NCBI RefSeq assembly: GCF_009914755.1
Contig: NC_060947.1
Length of the DNA: 64,000 nt
Strand: one strand, 5' to 3'
From: the human T2T-CHM13v2.0 reference genome, Homo sapiens
The translations under genes and the position numbers were made by a program. A model generated the notes under the pieces. The model had not been told where the DNA came from and did no database searches. It saw nothing but the letters and a program-made list of their open reading frames with translations. This document shows, piece by piece, positions 11,036 to 24,990 of the stretch; within the stretch, counting starts at the first letter, position 1, and each line of letters opens with the position of its first letter.

Positions 11036-13789
11036 TATAATTAGCAAATGGAAAGAAAGGCTCTTTGTCCAGCAGAAAGAAGTGGATGCTGACCCAATCC
11101 CACTCTTTTCCTCTCCTAAGTGTCTAGATATTTTTGTGAGATGCTGTTCTATGTTAGTGAGTAGGTGGGTGAGAATCAAGATGGTGGGGATATTTTTGGT
11201 GGGGTGGCTTTAAAAGTAATTGCTATTTGACAAGAGAATGAACCTTTTGTAATGAACTCAGCAGAGACTCTTCCTCTTGCTTAGCCTTTGACTGTTAAAA
11301 CAGTGCATGATCTAGATGTTCCTTTAGATTGCATTTCCTTAAACAGAGGAAGAGAATGCTTCAAATGATTTTTGAGAATACTATTTCATCCAAATATTCA
11401 AGGCTTATTTTCCCTTGGTTATTATTTCCTGGCTCATGGAGAGAACTTGGCATCCATGACCTTCTGTTCTAATTTGCTGGAATTGGGTTTTAACTATAAT
11501 ATTTGTATTCACAGGAAAGCTAGTTGGTGGATTACCATTTGGTGTAGACAGATTAAGGCACTCTTTATGTAGCCAGTTTGTTCCTTATTCTGTTGTGCTC
11601 AAGGAATCTTACCCAAGCTAGCTGAATCTCCACAAATGGACATATGTTTCCATTTGTAAGTAAAATCTTTGATAAGCAAAATGTTGTCAACTTTCCTCAG
11701 ATTTTTCTTTCAGAGAAGTTTTAATGTTGTCACTCTCACTGTATAAACTTTGGGATATTGGAAATGTGTGAACTAAGCACAGCAGTGTTTTCCTTTGAAT
11801 ACTCACCTATACAAATACAATAGGAAAACAGATGAAACAAACTAAAACTGTTTAAAGATAGGCAATTCTGGTAAGTCCTCTCACTCATCTTAATCACAAA
11901 TGAAATGCACAAAGTAGTTAGAATAATTTGGCCTTATCTATGAGCCAACTTTATTATTATTTATCATTTCTTGCTTATGTTGTTTTATTTAATTGCAAGG
12001 AGAAATTATCACAAACTATTGAGGCTTTTCTTGTTTTATCTATTGATAGTATTTAAATGCTGGCTAAGGGACAAGAAAGCAGGAATATTTTTGAAAGGTG
12101 GTATGACATAAATATCAGTTAAACAAAAACTTGATAATAGGCACATGTAAGTCAATAAAGTTGGTCCATTGCTTCAGTAAAGGGGACAAAGAAATATCTC
12201 GGGTTTTAAGGCAGCGTTCTTTTTATTATTTCTTCTGGTTGCAGTCTTGGGCCTGCATGTAGGTGCTAAGGACTTAGTAGCTGAGCTATGATTCTTATTG
12301 AGCAGATCTAAGATCCTGACAGTCAGCAAGGAGTTTTGTCTTCAGGATAAGTAAGCTGTGAAAGTGGATACAAGGGTACTTACTGAACAATTTAAATTTC
12401 CCATATAAATTGTTTAGAATATTTCCCGTGGAAAATAGTGGTCACATCTTCTGATGTGGCAGCATGAGATTTTGAATGGTATAACAATGTAATAAGATTA
12501 TGATTATCTTAGCAATAACATAAAAGTTATTTAACATCAATATTACCACTTAAAATACATCACCAACTATCTACACATGAAGCAGAATTACTGAAAATAT
12601 TAAAATGAAGGATAAGAGGCTTACAGCTGGTGGGAAGTTTTATGATTAAATGAAAGTATTAAGTTCCTTGAATAGGAAAGGAATTTCAACAAACAGGTGC
12701 CAATAAGTTGCATTTGGGGATTACTAGTGATTTGAAACATATATATTTTTCTAATCAGGGAAAGCCATGAAATCCCTGAAGTCTCCACTTATAAAACTCA
12801 AGCTAAGCTGAATTCAGGCTTCTCATGAATGCCTTACATTCTTGGATACTACTCACTGCTGCCTATGAAATATTACCTGATCATTTGCCCAGGCCGTGGA
12901 CATGTTTCACCCCAGATTGGGTATTGCATGAGTTCAGATTTCAGTCACACATAAAGAGAAATTGGAACTGGCAGACATTGAAAGACTATGATTCAACTTG
13001 GGAATTAAGCCCCCCAAAAAGTCAGGGAAATACAAGGAAGAGGAAAGAGAAGGGGGACAAACTGTGTTAGTCAGACTTTCTCTAGGTCCTCATATGAATA
13101 GGTGGCTATTTTGAGATCCTCATCACTGAACACTGCAGAGAGAAGCTGCTATGCAAAAAATAAAAATTAAGTAAGAGACATACACTCTAGATGTATACAC
13201 ATGAAAAGTCACGGATTTATTAATGAAATTTAAGATACTGGGGCCAAATTGGAAATGACTATTTTTTATTTCTAGGCTATTGATTAGTCACATCAGCACT
13301 GATCCATTTATTTCACTTAACCTCCTTTTTCACTAAAACTTGTAAGCAGAGGCAAATAGAGAGCCTTCAAGAGGTGACAGAAATAGCTAAAACATTTAGA
13401 AGGTTTTTAAAAATGGTACCATCAGAACTGTGAAAAGATGTCCCCAGAGTAAAAGAACAGTGTGGGTGGCACTACTCAGTCTTAGTGGGAAATGAAAGGA
13501 AGAATGTTTTTATATATAATCCTATGCCACCCTAAGGTGCCAATGAGCTCATTTCTTTTTTCTCCTAACTAAATGCAAAAAGCACACACTTAAGTGCTTT
13601 TGTTTATTCACTTAAAAATAGATGTAAGTTACATTTACCATGTTGCCTCGTCAAACTATCATTCTGTTTTGATTCCTAAGGTCAGAAGTATTTATAAATT
13701 ATTAAACATGGTGAAATTCTTTTCCACTAATAATTTCCAAAATTATTATAACAATTTTGTTATATTTTTTCATACCCAAGCATCTATAA

Positions 13790-14250
13790 ATAACCTTTAC
13801 CCACTGCATCCATGTTCTTTCCATATTCTTATTCTGTCTCTTAAAACTGGGCTTCCACATTTTATAATGAAAATACTCACTTGAAGGTCACTAGTGTCTT
13901 CCCAATTAATATATAATGTGATATTTCCTCAAGTCATCGTTATTCATGAACTTTTTAAAGTGGTTTACACTGTTCATCACCACTTTTTGGAGCTTTGCTT
14001 CCTTAGTTTTATTAAGTAGCCATACTGATCTTGCTACCTTTTGTCTATTTCCTTTTGTTCTCTTTTTCTGGGTCAACTCTCCCTCTGCTTAGTGCTTAAA
14101 TATTGTTCTTCCCCATATTACTTCCCAGGCAATTATTGTTCTTCTCGTGCTGCCTATTCACACTAGGCACATTTACTTTTATGATTTCAAATACTACCTC
14201 TATACTGATGATTCCTAAATCTCTAATTCTGGCCTGGTCTTCTTTCTCCT
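13790..14250 (+). mobile_element. L2 LINE fragment (RT region)
   Basis: TTTCAAATACTACCTCTATACTGATGATTCCTAAATCTCTAA resembles the L2 YADD-encoding segment. Confidence 0.55.
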
Positions 14251-14910
14251 TTGGTTCCCAGTGATATGCGAGAATCTGTTTTGGTAAGAGACAAAAGGAT
14301 AGCTGAAAATATGTTGTTCTTAACTCTTCTGGCTTTATCAGTTTAGAGGGAATTTATTGCCATGTTATATGTTATTGAAAGTGAAAATCTGAGGTTTCAT
14401 CATCTGAAAACAAAAAAAAATTGTGGGCAATGATCTATTTAGTCATATTCTCAAACTAGGTAGGTCAAAAGTTTTGCTTATATAAACCTCAGATGGATTC
14501 CCTCTACCAGTTTACACCAGGGTAGCAAAGAAGCTTCTTCCAGAGGTGCTCAGTTCTTAAGTTAGGTTGGGAGAATGAGACTGTGCATGCTTTTCAAGAC
14601 ATATCTGAACATCGAAGGAAGTGTTCAGGACTATTACCTCTACCTTTTGTCATATTCTCTAAAACCCTTTCTAGTGCTACTTCCAGTGACAAACTAGTCC
14701 AGATAGAACCTAGGATCTCATAAGACACCCAGATGTCTTGACTATAGAGTTATGCTGCCTACTCTGCTTCTAATGTAAAATATAAATCAGAAGTACCTCT
14801 CTGGCTAGTTCTCAATTTTGTCTTCTCCTAAATAAGGATAATAGTACCTACTCTGCCTAACTTCTTAGGTTGTGTGAAACTTAAGAAGTAAATAAAATTA
14901 TAGGTGCTAG

Positions 14911-15210
14911 GGCCGGGTTCAGTGGCTCATGCCTATAGTCCCAGCACTGTGGGAGGCCGAGGTGAGGGGGATCATTTGTGATCAGGAGTTCGAGACCAGC
15001 CTGGCCAACATGGTGAAATCCTGTCTCTAATTAAAAAAAAAAAAAAAAGCTGGGCATGGGGACTTATGCCTTGTAGTCCCAGCTACTCGGGAGGCTGAGT
15101 AGGGAGAGTCACTTTAACCCGGGAGGTGGAGGTTGCAGTGAGCCGAGGTTGTGCCACTGCACTCCAGTCTGGGTGACACAGTGAGACTCTGTCTCAAAAA
15201 AAAAAAAAAA
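14911..15210 (+). mobile_element. Full-length Alu
   Basis: GGCCGGG..GTGGCTCATGCC start and poly(A) end. TSD TATAGGTGCTA at 14899-14909 and 15212-15222. Confidence 0.96.
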
Positions 15211-15369
15211 GTATAGGTGCTATTCACATGTAAGAGACCCTCATTAATTTCTATTGTCCAAAGATCGAGCAAAAACACAACCTTGATAAATGTTGATATG
15301 TGTTGAAAAATCATAGATTCCTGGGCAAAGTGTTAAAGAATTCCATTCACCCTAGTGAAGCAAAGGTAG

Positions 15370-15825
<456 letters not shown>

Positions 15826-16506
15826 TAGCTTTATTTTGAACTTTAGATGCTCAAATGGACCTTTACCATTCATGGTTCACATATCCGACAATAGCAGAGA
15901 ATCTGTGCCCCGGCTTGTAAAACAACCATGCAGCCCCAGATTTTAGGCTATCATTTGAGGCTTACTCTACTCATCAGCTGAAGATGGCATTTAGATGAGC
16001 ACTTATAGTGAAATGAGAATGTCTGGTTTGTCTGTCTTAAAGTTCTGACACCAAAAAGGTAGAATTGAAAATAGATTTTAAAAAAATAGATTTGTTGCAG
16101 TAATTTCCAAGAAGAGCCATGTAATTATGCAGGAAGACACTCTTTCATTTGGAAGGCGAATAACTCTTGTTGAAAATGACTTAGGCAGAGGTGACGCTTT
16201 TGGAACAAGTAAGGACTCAGTACTAAAAGACATAGCACTGAGTGGAGGATGGAGAAGAAGGAGGTAGAGATAAAATAACTTTATAATTTCATTCTTCATT
16301 AAGTCGTAATTGATGAAATCACAAAATCTAAGGGCTTATGGCAACCTTGAGGTTATCTGGTCCTGTATTTCTCAAATTTTAATCATTTTTATACCTCCTG
16401 CATGGTTTTTCCATACTTGCTTATCACCACTTAATATGTATAATGGGATGTATATTTTTTTAACTTAGGCAATTTCAATTTTATTTAAAGTTATTTAACT
16501 TCTTTT

Positions 16507-17156
16507 TTTTATTTTTAGAAGTTTTTTTATTGTGCTTTAAGTTCTAGGGTACATGTGCACAATGTGCGGGTTTCTTACGTATGTATACATGTGCCATGTT
16601 GGTGTGCTACACCCATTAACTCGTCATTTAACATTAGGTATATCTCCTATTGCTATCCCTCCCCCCTCCCCCCACCCCACAACAGGCCCCGGTGTGTGAT
16701 GTTCCCCTTCCTGTGTCCATGTGTTCTCATTGTTCAATTCCCACCTATGAGTGAGAACATGTGGTGTTTGGTTTTCTGTCCTTGCGATAGTTTTCTGAGA
16801 ATGATGGTTTCCAGCTTCACCCATGTCCCTACAAAGGACATGAACTCATCATTTTTTATGGCTGCATAGTATTCCATGGTGTATATGTGCTGCATTTTCT
16901 TAATCCAGTCTATCATTGATGGACATTTGGGTTGGTTCCAAGTCTTTGCTATTGTGAGTAGTGCCGCAATAAACATACATGTGCATGTGTCTTTATAGCA
17001 GCATGTTTTATAATCCTTTGGGTATATACCCAGTAATGGGATGGCTGGGTCAAATGGTATTTCTAGTTCTAGATCCTTGAGGAATCGCCACACTGTCTTC
17101 CACAATGGTTGAACTAGTTTACAGTCCCACCAACAGTGTAAAAGTGTTCCTACTTC
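16507..17156 (-). mobile_element. L1PA (PA3-5-like) 3' fragment, ~650 bp
   Basis: ORF2 C-terminus [25 protein letters not shown] plus 3'UTR. TSD ACTTCTTTT at 16498-16506 and 17157-17165. Confidence 0.95.
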
Positions 17157-17514
17157 ACTTCTTTTAAAAGGAAACATTATATTACTATATGTTTGGAAAA
17201 AAGTAACACATGACATCAAGAAATAATAGTAACTGCAAAAAAATAACATTTACAACATTATGAATAGTAATAAGTTAATTATTAAAATAAAGTATTTGTC
17301 CAAAAGCCTCCTAAATAATCTCATATACCAATTGTGGCAGATGGGGTCAGGTCTAAATTTGCTTTTTGTCCCTGGAATATATAGAAAAGAACTTCTATTT
17401 CTCAGAAAGGGTAGATTTTTTATTTTCAGAAATCACACAGCAAGGCCTGGCAGAAATGAGATTGATGTGGTCACAGGAATGTTTCACTATGTGAGAAAGA
17501 CAATCTCTTTTCTA

Positions 17515-17594
17515 TTTGGTTGGTGCAAAAATATTTGCGGTTTTTGCTATTATTCTAAATGGCGAAAACCGCAATTACTTTTGCACCAACCTGC
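17515..17594. mobile_element. MADE1 (Hsmar1-derived 80-bp MITE), palindromic; miR-548-type hairpin
   Basis: GGTTGGTGCAAAA..TTGCGGTTTTTGC..spacer..GGCGAAAACCGCAATTACTTTTGCACCAACC. Exactly 80 bp, with TA on both sides (17513-14 and 17595-96). Confidence 0.93.
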
Positions 17595-20193
17595 TATATA
17601 GCTCACGGAGACAAGTCGTGCATTAGTGGCTTTTTAAAAAGAAGAGCTATTGCTTGAGGCTTAGTAGATTGGCATATAATTTTTCCTTGCTAAATTTACT
17701 GGCATATTTGAACCTGTACTGCCAGTTACGGGAGGTGTTGATATAAGATGTAATAGTGATTTAAAGAGAGGAACCAAAATATAGGACAAGACACGAACAG
17801 AGTTGGACCGGGGAAAGAGTCTAGATATAGATGTATTCAGATGTGCAAAGTCTATAATCTCTATAGGCAGAAGAGATATCTAAAAATTGGTCACTTCCTT
17901 AACAGCTGCATAAATCTCAGGGATCCATGAAAGAGAGCAGAACAGCCAACTAGGACAGGAACATCAGGTTTAACTGGAAACCATAATAACCTAGGAGGAG
18001 TTTAGAACATAGAAGAAAAAAAGCTAATGCCCGAGATTACTCCAAATCAGCCATTTCCAGGTTGTGTTTTTCTGGATTTAGTAAACAGCCCAATCACTTA
18101 TACTTCCTCCACTTTTATCTCCAGCTGTAAGCAGTGAGAAGTTGTGCTCAGCATAATGCTTCAAGACCAAGTGTAGCCTTCATTAAGCATTAACATGATT
18201 CAAATGGTAGCAGGAGACTCCAACTAAAATTTATATTAATGTGTTAGCTTTATTAGTTGCTGTCAGGTATAAATGAACAATAGTCAAAACCTAGCAAATC
18301 TGCAATAAATGATTCCAAATAACTCTAACTTGAATTGCAGAATTATAAAGGGTTATACCATTTAGTATAACCATCTTAAATGATTACATGAGGAAACAAA
18401 AGCCAGAGAGAAAAGGAAATTTCTTACAGTAATATATAAAGTTAATATCAGTACTGTGGTTAAAATACAGATCTCGTGACTGCCAATATAATTCTATTTC
18501 TAAGTACCATATTCTTTTTGGACATCAGTTTTTCCCCTCTTTCTCTCATTTCCCACACCACACCTCCTTCTCCACTTATAGAATGCTTGCACTCTCAACA
18601 CGACAGGATAATCTTAAAGTGATTATCCTTTCTTTTAAACTAAAATTGCAGTGGTCCATAAAGGAAGTTAAGATAAGCATTTATTCAAAATAAAACACAA
18701 TTCATAAATCCATGAATCTTATTTTAGCTTTTGATTACCCAAGATTTCATATTTTGGCCCTATTCCCTCATACCAGCTCCAATCTAAAACTGACTCCCAA
18801 GTGGGTAACTCAGCTGTAATTCAAATCTGATATTGTTCTATCTTCTATGCTCTTGGCTTCATTAATCTTCATACTTTTCAACATGTGTAAACCACATGCA
18901 CAAGCCAGGTTTCTTAAAGCCTCCTGCTCCCCATGATCTTTACTTTCCCATATCTGAATTTCTTTCTCAAAATGTTGTTTGCCCAGAAATTTCCTTCAAA
19001 AAGAGAGAGCAAACTTTTATAGGAAGAACTATTATTTGCAAATGGTTAGTGTACCACGGAGCTGATGCTTTCCTTGGTTTATGGCTCCTTATGTATGAAG
19101 AAACACAAATATGAATTTATGAAATATGAAAATTGAAACAAAAATTCAGAGTAAAGTACCAAAACCTAGCTTCCTTTGTAGAAAAGAAAATGCTAGTGTA
19201 TTGGAGTGTTAGTAGATTTAAGCCAAATTATCTATTTAATCTTGGAAAGTGAGACGCTCATTGCATTTTATTAAGTGAAAGCCTTTCCTATCTGGTCTTC
19301 TGAAGCAGAAAAATCATAGAGAAACAGTTGGAAAATGATTTAGAAAGTATGATCTTCTCCAACCCCTAAATTTTAAGCTTTCAGAGATTTTTGCTTATTA
19401 ATTCATTAATTAGGGGGAGAGGCTGCTTCTGTATATTAAGTTAACTTTTTGCTACAAAAATTATTAGTTGTCATCTGTGTTATACAACCAGTAGGCACAT
19501 ATGGCCCTTGTTTCCAAGTGTTTAAAATATATCCCCTTTTTCCAGCAAAATCCAGTATATTTTTCTGTAGCCAGAATCTCAAATTTCCTTCCTGAATCCA
19601 TTTAACTGATGCTCTCCTGGTTCTTTTTGATGACTCATCAGCATTCCATGTCTGCGTATCTAGATATGTGTATGACAATAAAGGAATTGTTTCTTGGTGA
19701 TTGGTTCGTCTTGAAAATTTTTTGTGCACAGATAATGTTCAAATTGTTTTGGAAACACACTCCCAAATCAATTGCTACATAATCAAGCTGTATTGAGAAG
19801 TATCCCACCTGTCCCCTGTATTTATAAACATACACATCCACCCTAGATATGTTTATATTTCTGGATAAAATTGAAGGAATCTTGCAACACAGTGCAAATA
19901 ATAAAGTTGGTTTCCACAATTGTGAACTTAATTATATTTCTCTCAAAAACAAAAGCCCTCATGTTAGCACATGGCAGTGTACAGTATTGTGAAAAGGCAC
20001 ACTCTCTTTAGCAGGTGCCTATTTATAAAACTTTTATTGGTATTAAGACATTTTTTATTTAAAAATATTTATTATGGTCATAATCATGGATATTTAAAAT
20101 CCATAGATTATACATAATCTATACATAATGGTTTAATTTCCTGTTACATATTCTTTCCCCTAACACACATTACTTTTAGAAAATGCTCTTTAT

Positions 20194-20507
20194 GCCGAAA
20201 GCTGTGACCCACACCTGTAATCCTAGCATTCTAGAAGGCCTAGGTGTGAGGATCACTTGAACCCATAAGTTCAAGACCAGCCTAGGCAATATAGTGAGAA
20301 CTCATCTCTATACACACACACGTGAACACAAATTAAATTAGCCAGGCATGGTGGCACATACCTTTAGTCCCAGCTACTCGGAAGGCTGAGGTGGGAGGAT
20401 TGCTTTAGCCCAGAAGATGGAGTTTGCAGTGTGTGAGCCGAGACCGCACCACTGTACTCCAGCCTGGGTGATAGAGCAAGACCTCCAAAAAAGAAAAAAA
20501 AAAAAAG
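20194..20507 (+). mobile_element. AluJ-like element whose central A-rich linker has become (CA)n
   Basis: GAGGATCACTTGA..GGAGGATTGCTTTAGCCC are AluJ features. TSD approximately AGAAAATGCT on both sides. Confidence 0.9.
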
Positions 20508-20774
20508 ACAGAAAAATGCTTTTTATTATAAAAATATTTGAACACACACACAAATGGAGAGAATGGTGTAGTGAACCCTAACCCACTTTCAGTGATTAAG
20601 AACACGTTTCAAATCTTGTTGTATTTATCTGTCCTTCCACTTTTTACTGAAGTATTTTAAAACAGTTCTATGTAAATGCCATTTCATCCATAAATGCTTG
20701 ATTAAGAATCACTAACTGATGAGGAAAATTCCTCTATATATTGCCATCATAGACATACATTGTTACTGGATTTA

Positions 20775-20940
20775 CTAGTTGCTATATTAGAAAAAGCATC
20801 ACAAAAGACTAAGAATCCTGGAATCTTATTCCAACTCTATCAACATCCAATGTGTAGCTCCTCAGGGCCTCAGTTTCTCATGCTGTCAAATGAGAGAGTT
20901 AGATACAATCTCTAAGACACCATTAATCTCTGATATTCTG
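20775..20940 (+). mobile_element. MIR/MIR3 fragment
   Basis: GGGCCTCAGTTTCTCATGCTGTCAAATGAG core. Confidence 0.6.
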
Positions 20941-21260
20941 AGTTAAAATAACAAAAATAATTAAGTTTGAGAATTTTTATTTTGTATTTCTCTATTAGCT
21001 AGGCACAGAAAAAAGATTAGAACCTCCCATCTTTAAACAGGAACTGCATTGAGAACTCTAGTTAGAGGTAGAAACTTTAAAAATAGTAAAATAAGTTTCA
21101 AGCATGATTATTTCCATCTTCTGAGGAAACGTTTCCTGTAACTGCCTACACAGGAACAGCCAATAATTATTTTAAAACAATAATAATGTGGTTTCATCAT
21201 TCTGACTGCCTTCCTACTTAAAGGGTTAGCACCAGCTTGACAGAGGCGCTCCTAAAGCCT

Positions 21261-21279
21261 GTGGCGCCCTCTTCTGACC
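21261..21279 (-). promoter_or_regulatory. Putative CTCF binding site
   Basis: Reverse complement GGTCAGAAGAGGGCGCCAC matches the CTCF core CCASYAGRKGGCRS with two mismatches. It retains a CpG in AT-rich surroundings. Confidence 0.55.
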
Positions 21280-23849
21280 CCTCACCCAACAGGGTAAGTC
21301 TTGGCTTTTGTTTCTGAACTATCTTCTGGTTTCAGGCTTTCTCATTGCCTTTATCTGTCATAATTAAGTCATGAAGCATTATGCAAAAATTCAGATCTGA
21401 CTGGTGGGAAACACAGTTCTTATGAAATACATACGGCTACAGATCCATGCTGAATGCTTTATATTTTCTTAAAGGTTTCCATTTTGAAATTTGAGAATTA
21501 TTCCAAAGAAGACAAGGTAACATTGAAAGTTGAAATGCGATAAAACTCTCGCTCAAACAAGGGCAAGCCTGTGTAAGAAAACCTTAAGAAAATAAGAAAT
21601 AAGAAGTTTTCTGCTAAAACATCTAAATGAGTTGAAAATAAATAACTACTATATAAAAATTCAACATCAGTGCCATTAACTGTGTGCCTTATAGCAGAGA
21701 AGCTAAACAGGTTGCCCTTCACAGCTTAAACTCTGTATTTTATTTTCTTAGACCAGTGATACTTTTTTTCCCCCTAGAGACCTACCACATCAATATATGT
21801 AAATAAATTTAGTGTTCTTTGTTTTTATTCGGGCTGGGGGGAGGAGGAGGTGAAAACTACAGGGCAGGAGAAAAGGGATGGAGAACAAGTGACGTTTTTT
21901 TTTCTCAAACAGCAATTACTGCTTTGCTGATGGCAAGTTCACTCACTTGAAAGACATATCTTGAGTTCGTAACAAATACAGGATTGTTCTGTTGAACTCC
22001 AAAATGAGAATATTTCATTTGCTTTTACCACATAATGCACATCAGCATCAGGTGTGAGTGGGTCTGGCCATACTTCTCAAGGGTACAGGCAGAGATGAAT
22101 GTGTGTGGCTCCCACAGAGTACTCTGCACTTTAATATTAGTCTATGATTTTCTGTTCAGAGACAGATGGTCTCTGAAAACTTCTAATGTTTTATCTCTCA
22201 TCTTTCTCTATCACCAGCTCATGCTGGTTTTCTTCCTATTCCTCAAAATGTTGCTCAAGCGGGCTTTCTAACAAAATGTCACCCTCTCTACTTGCAACTC
22301 GTCCAAGCAATTCCCACCCCCATTACTTCAGGCCCATCACAAATCTTACCTGCTTAAGAAAATCTTTTTGAAATTTTTATTTTACACGACCCTTTCTCTC
22401 CTCTCGATTCCTATATCTAAAATTACACTCTTAAGAACTGCATTGTATTACCATGTTATGAAGGTGATTTTACAAACTGTAATTCTTGAAAAAATAATCT
22501 CAGTAGTCACTGTCTTTTCTTTGTTCTTACTGATAGCATGCTTGTATTCTGATTTGTTACCCCATCTGGGGCTTAAGCTTTAGATATACAGAAGAAGCAT
22601 ATCTGACCTATTTCAGTGTTTCTCATAGGACTCGGCTCACCCACCATTATCCCTGAAGTCCCAAGTTTCTTGCTGTTGGATCTTCTAGGAGCAAAATCTA
22701 GTTGACTGGGAAGTGAAACTTCTTAGTTAAACAAAACACTCAACTAGCCAAAGTAACTAGTCCCTGGCCACTCCTATTAGATAAATGCCATTTCCATGTC
22801 CATGTTTGCTGGCTGGTTTTAAAATTCAAAATGAAACAACTGGCACTTTTGGCTGCATAATTGCTTTGTATAAAATATTTTCATAAAAGCAAATCTTAAA
22901 GTCACCATAAAATAATAGTGTTTATTTCCTGAAAGCTGTTTATATTTGCTAAAAGAGGCACCTCATGGTTGGATTTTGCGCTGGAGCCAATAGAATCATT
23001 CACCAAAAGTTTGGCAAAATTAATTTGAATTTCTTGGATACCTTTAAATAGACAGTGCCAAGAAGATAATTAAAAATCATTGTTAAGATATTAATTTACA
23101 ATGAAATGCAGCATGAAATTGAGTAGTTCCCTGCTATGCATCTGCCCTGTTTGTATCAAACTGACCTTTGGTATGTATCCCAGCTACAATCTTGCCATTG
23201 CTGTTAAAATAGTAGAAAAAGTTCTCAGAAACTCTACACTTTTATGCACATTGGAGACTAAGACAGCAGGTAAAATATTTATTTTCATTTGAAAAGAGAT
23301 AAATATGAACAAAATTTATTTAAAATTGATCACTGATTACTGTGAAGAAGCAAGTGTTTGTATGAATGACATTCATGTGTTTAAACACGAAGAGCAGGTG
23401 ACCTATTTTAGAGACATCCCTTCCTTTCTCTAGAATAGTTCTTCTGTTTAGCTTACCAGTGGAGTAGTACTACTTCAGTGCCATGCACCTATCTATCTCC
23501 TTCCTGCTCTGTGACATGCTTTTTGAGATATCCTACTTTCCAGTCATCTAAGTTGATGCCCTATTCCTTTTTTTTAGATAATCTACATCATTTTATTTAT
23601 GTTCTCTTTAGCACCTTTCATTACTTCAGGCAAATGTAGGCCACCCTACATCTTCTTTTCCAGGGTTTCTCAAGTGTAACAAAAAAAGAGAAACTGATAA
23701 TAAAGCAAGAAGCTAGAAAGTACCAACTTGCTAATTTGTAGGGGTGTGACTTTTCCTTAGACAAAAAAAAAGACCTAAGGTATATTTACCATCTTTAGTA
23801 GATTAAGTTGAGACCTACAAACCATTGGTCAAGAGGCTAGGACTGCTTT

Positions 23850-24360
23850 TATTCATTTGTTCAATCATGCATATATTTATTATTGAAAACATGTGTTGAG
23901 TGCTTACTATGAGCCAGGTAGTGTTCTGAATAATGACACAGTAGTGAACAAACCATAACTCCTGCTCTAGTGGAGCTTACAGTATACTGTGGGAATACAG
24001 TAATTTTTTAATTCTAAAAATTAAAATAAATATTTAAATTAAAAATTGTAGTAATCTATCTTTAAATAAAAACAAGTTCTTGTGAGAAAGACTATTTTGG
24101 TGAGGCAGGGGTTTGTGGACTGGGTAGTCAGGGAAGTCTTATCAGAAGAAATGACATTTAAAATCATATTTGAAGAATTGTAAAGATCTAGGTAGATTAT
24201 AGAGATGAGAATTGAGGGCATGACCATCACAGAAGGGAAGAGAGTGTTAAATGCTCTGAAATGACAAGAAGCTTGGCTATAGTGAAATAGGGAGAAAAAA
24301 GCACAATAAGAGGGAGGAAAGCATTGCAGGAGTGGGAATAATTCATGCAAAGTCATGGAG
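23850..24360 (-). mobile_element. L2 3' end
   Basis: ATTCATTTGTTCAA..TTGAGTGCTTACTATGAGCCAGG..GGAGCTTACAGT. Confidence 0.75.
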
Positions 24361-24377
24361 GTATGAAATTTATTGCC

Positions 24378-24990
24378 TGTTCATTCATTCATAGAAAAAC
24401 TACTGACAGCCTACTAAGAGGCAGGCACTAGAGAGACAATTGCAAATAATTCACGATCTCAGTGGCTTTAAAGAGCTGAGAGTCTAGTGAGAAAGATAAG
24501 TAAAAATAAATGACTTCAATATAATATTACATAAATAAAATAGGATAATATAAAAAACTATCTTTGATGATCAAATATGTGCTTGCAAATGTCTATTGGA
24601 AGTGTGAAAGACAATTTGGAAAAAATGAATATTGTAGGCAGGAAGATCAGTTGTAAGTTTCTTGAAACAGTCAAGGTAAGAAATGAGGAGTTCCAGGATA
24701 CAGATAACTTCAGTTAAAGGGGTTTGAGGATTTTTTTTGAGTCGGAATTGACAATAGTGAGTGATAGATTGAACCTTGGTAGTGAATGAGACCAGAAATA
24801 GAGAAGAAGTAAGATCAGGAATCTGAGGGAATAGGAAGTATCTCATGACTCCAATTTTTAACATGTGGGACAGACAGAATGGATATGCTATGAAATGAAG
24901 AATCAACTTGATGAAAAGTATCTTTGTTTAGATCATATTATTTGTATGTTTTGCTTAGATGATGTTTGGGTGTTTAGAAATATCCAGATG
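24378..24990 (-). mobile_element. Second L2 3' fragment
   Basis: TTCATTCATTCA..GCCTACTAAGAGGCAGGCACT..AGTCTAGTG. Confidence 0.65.

Noticed and set aside
16078-16299. Open frames on both strands in unique sequence
   Set aside because: No recognisable domain and no convincing splice-site pair.
16360-17335. Possible hAT/Charlie-type DNA transposon split by the L1PA fragment
   Set aside because: I could not identify terminal inverted repeats or a TSD by eye. RepeatMasker is needed.
20103-20122. 9-bp-arm palindrome ATAGATTAT-AC-ATAATCTAT
   Set aside because: AT-rich and short, so plausible by chance or local slippage.
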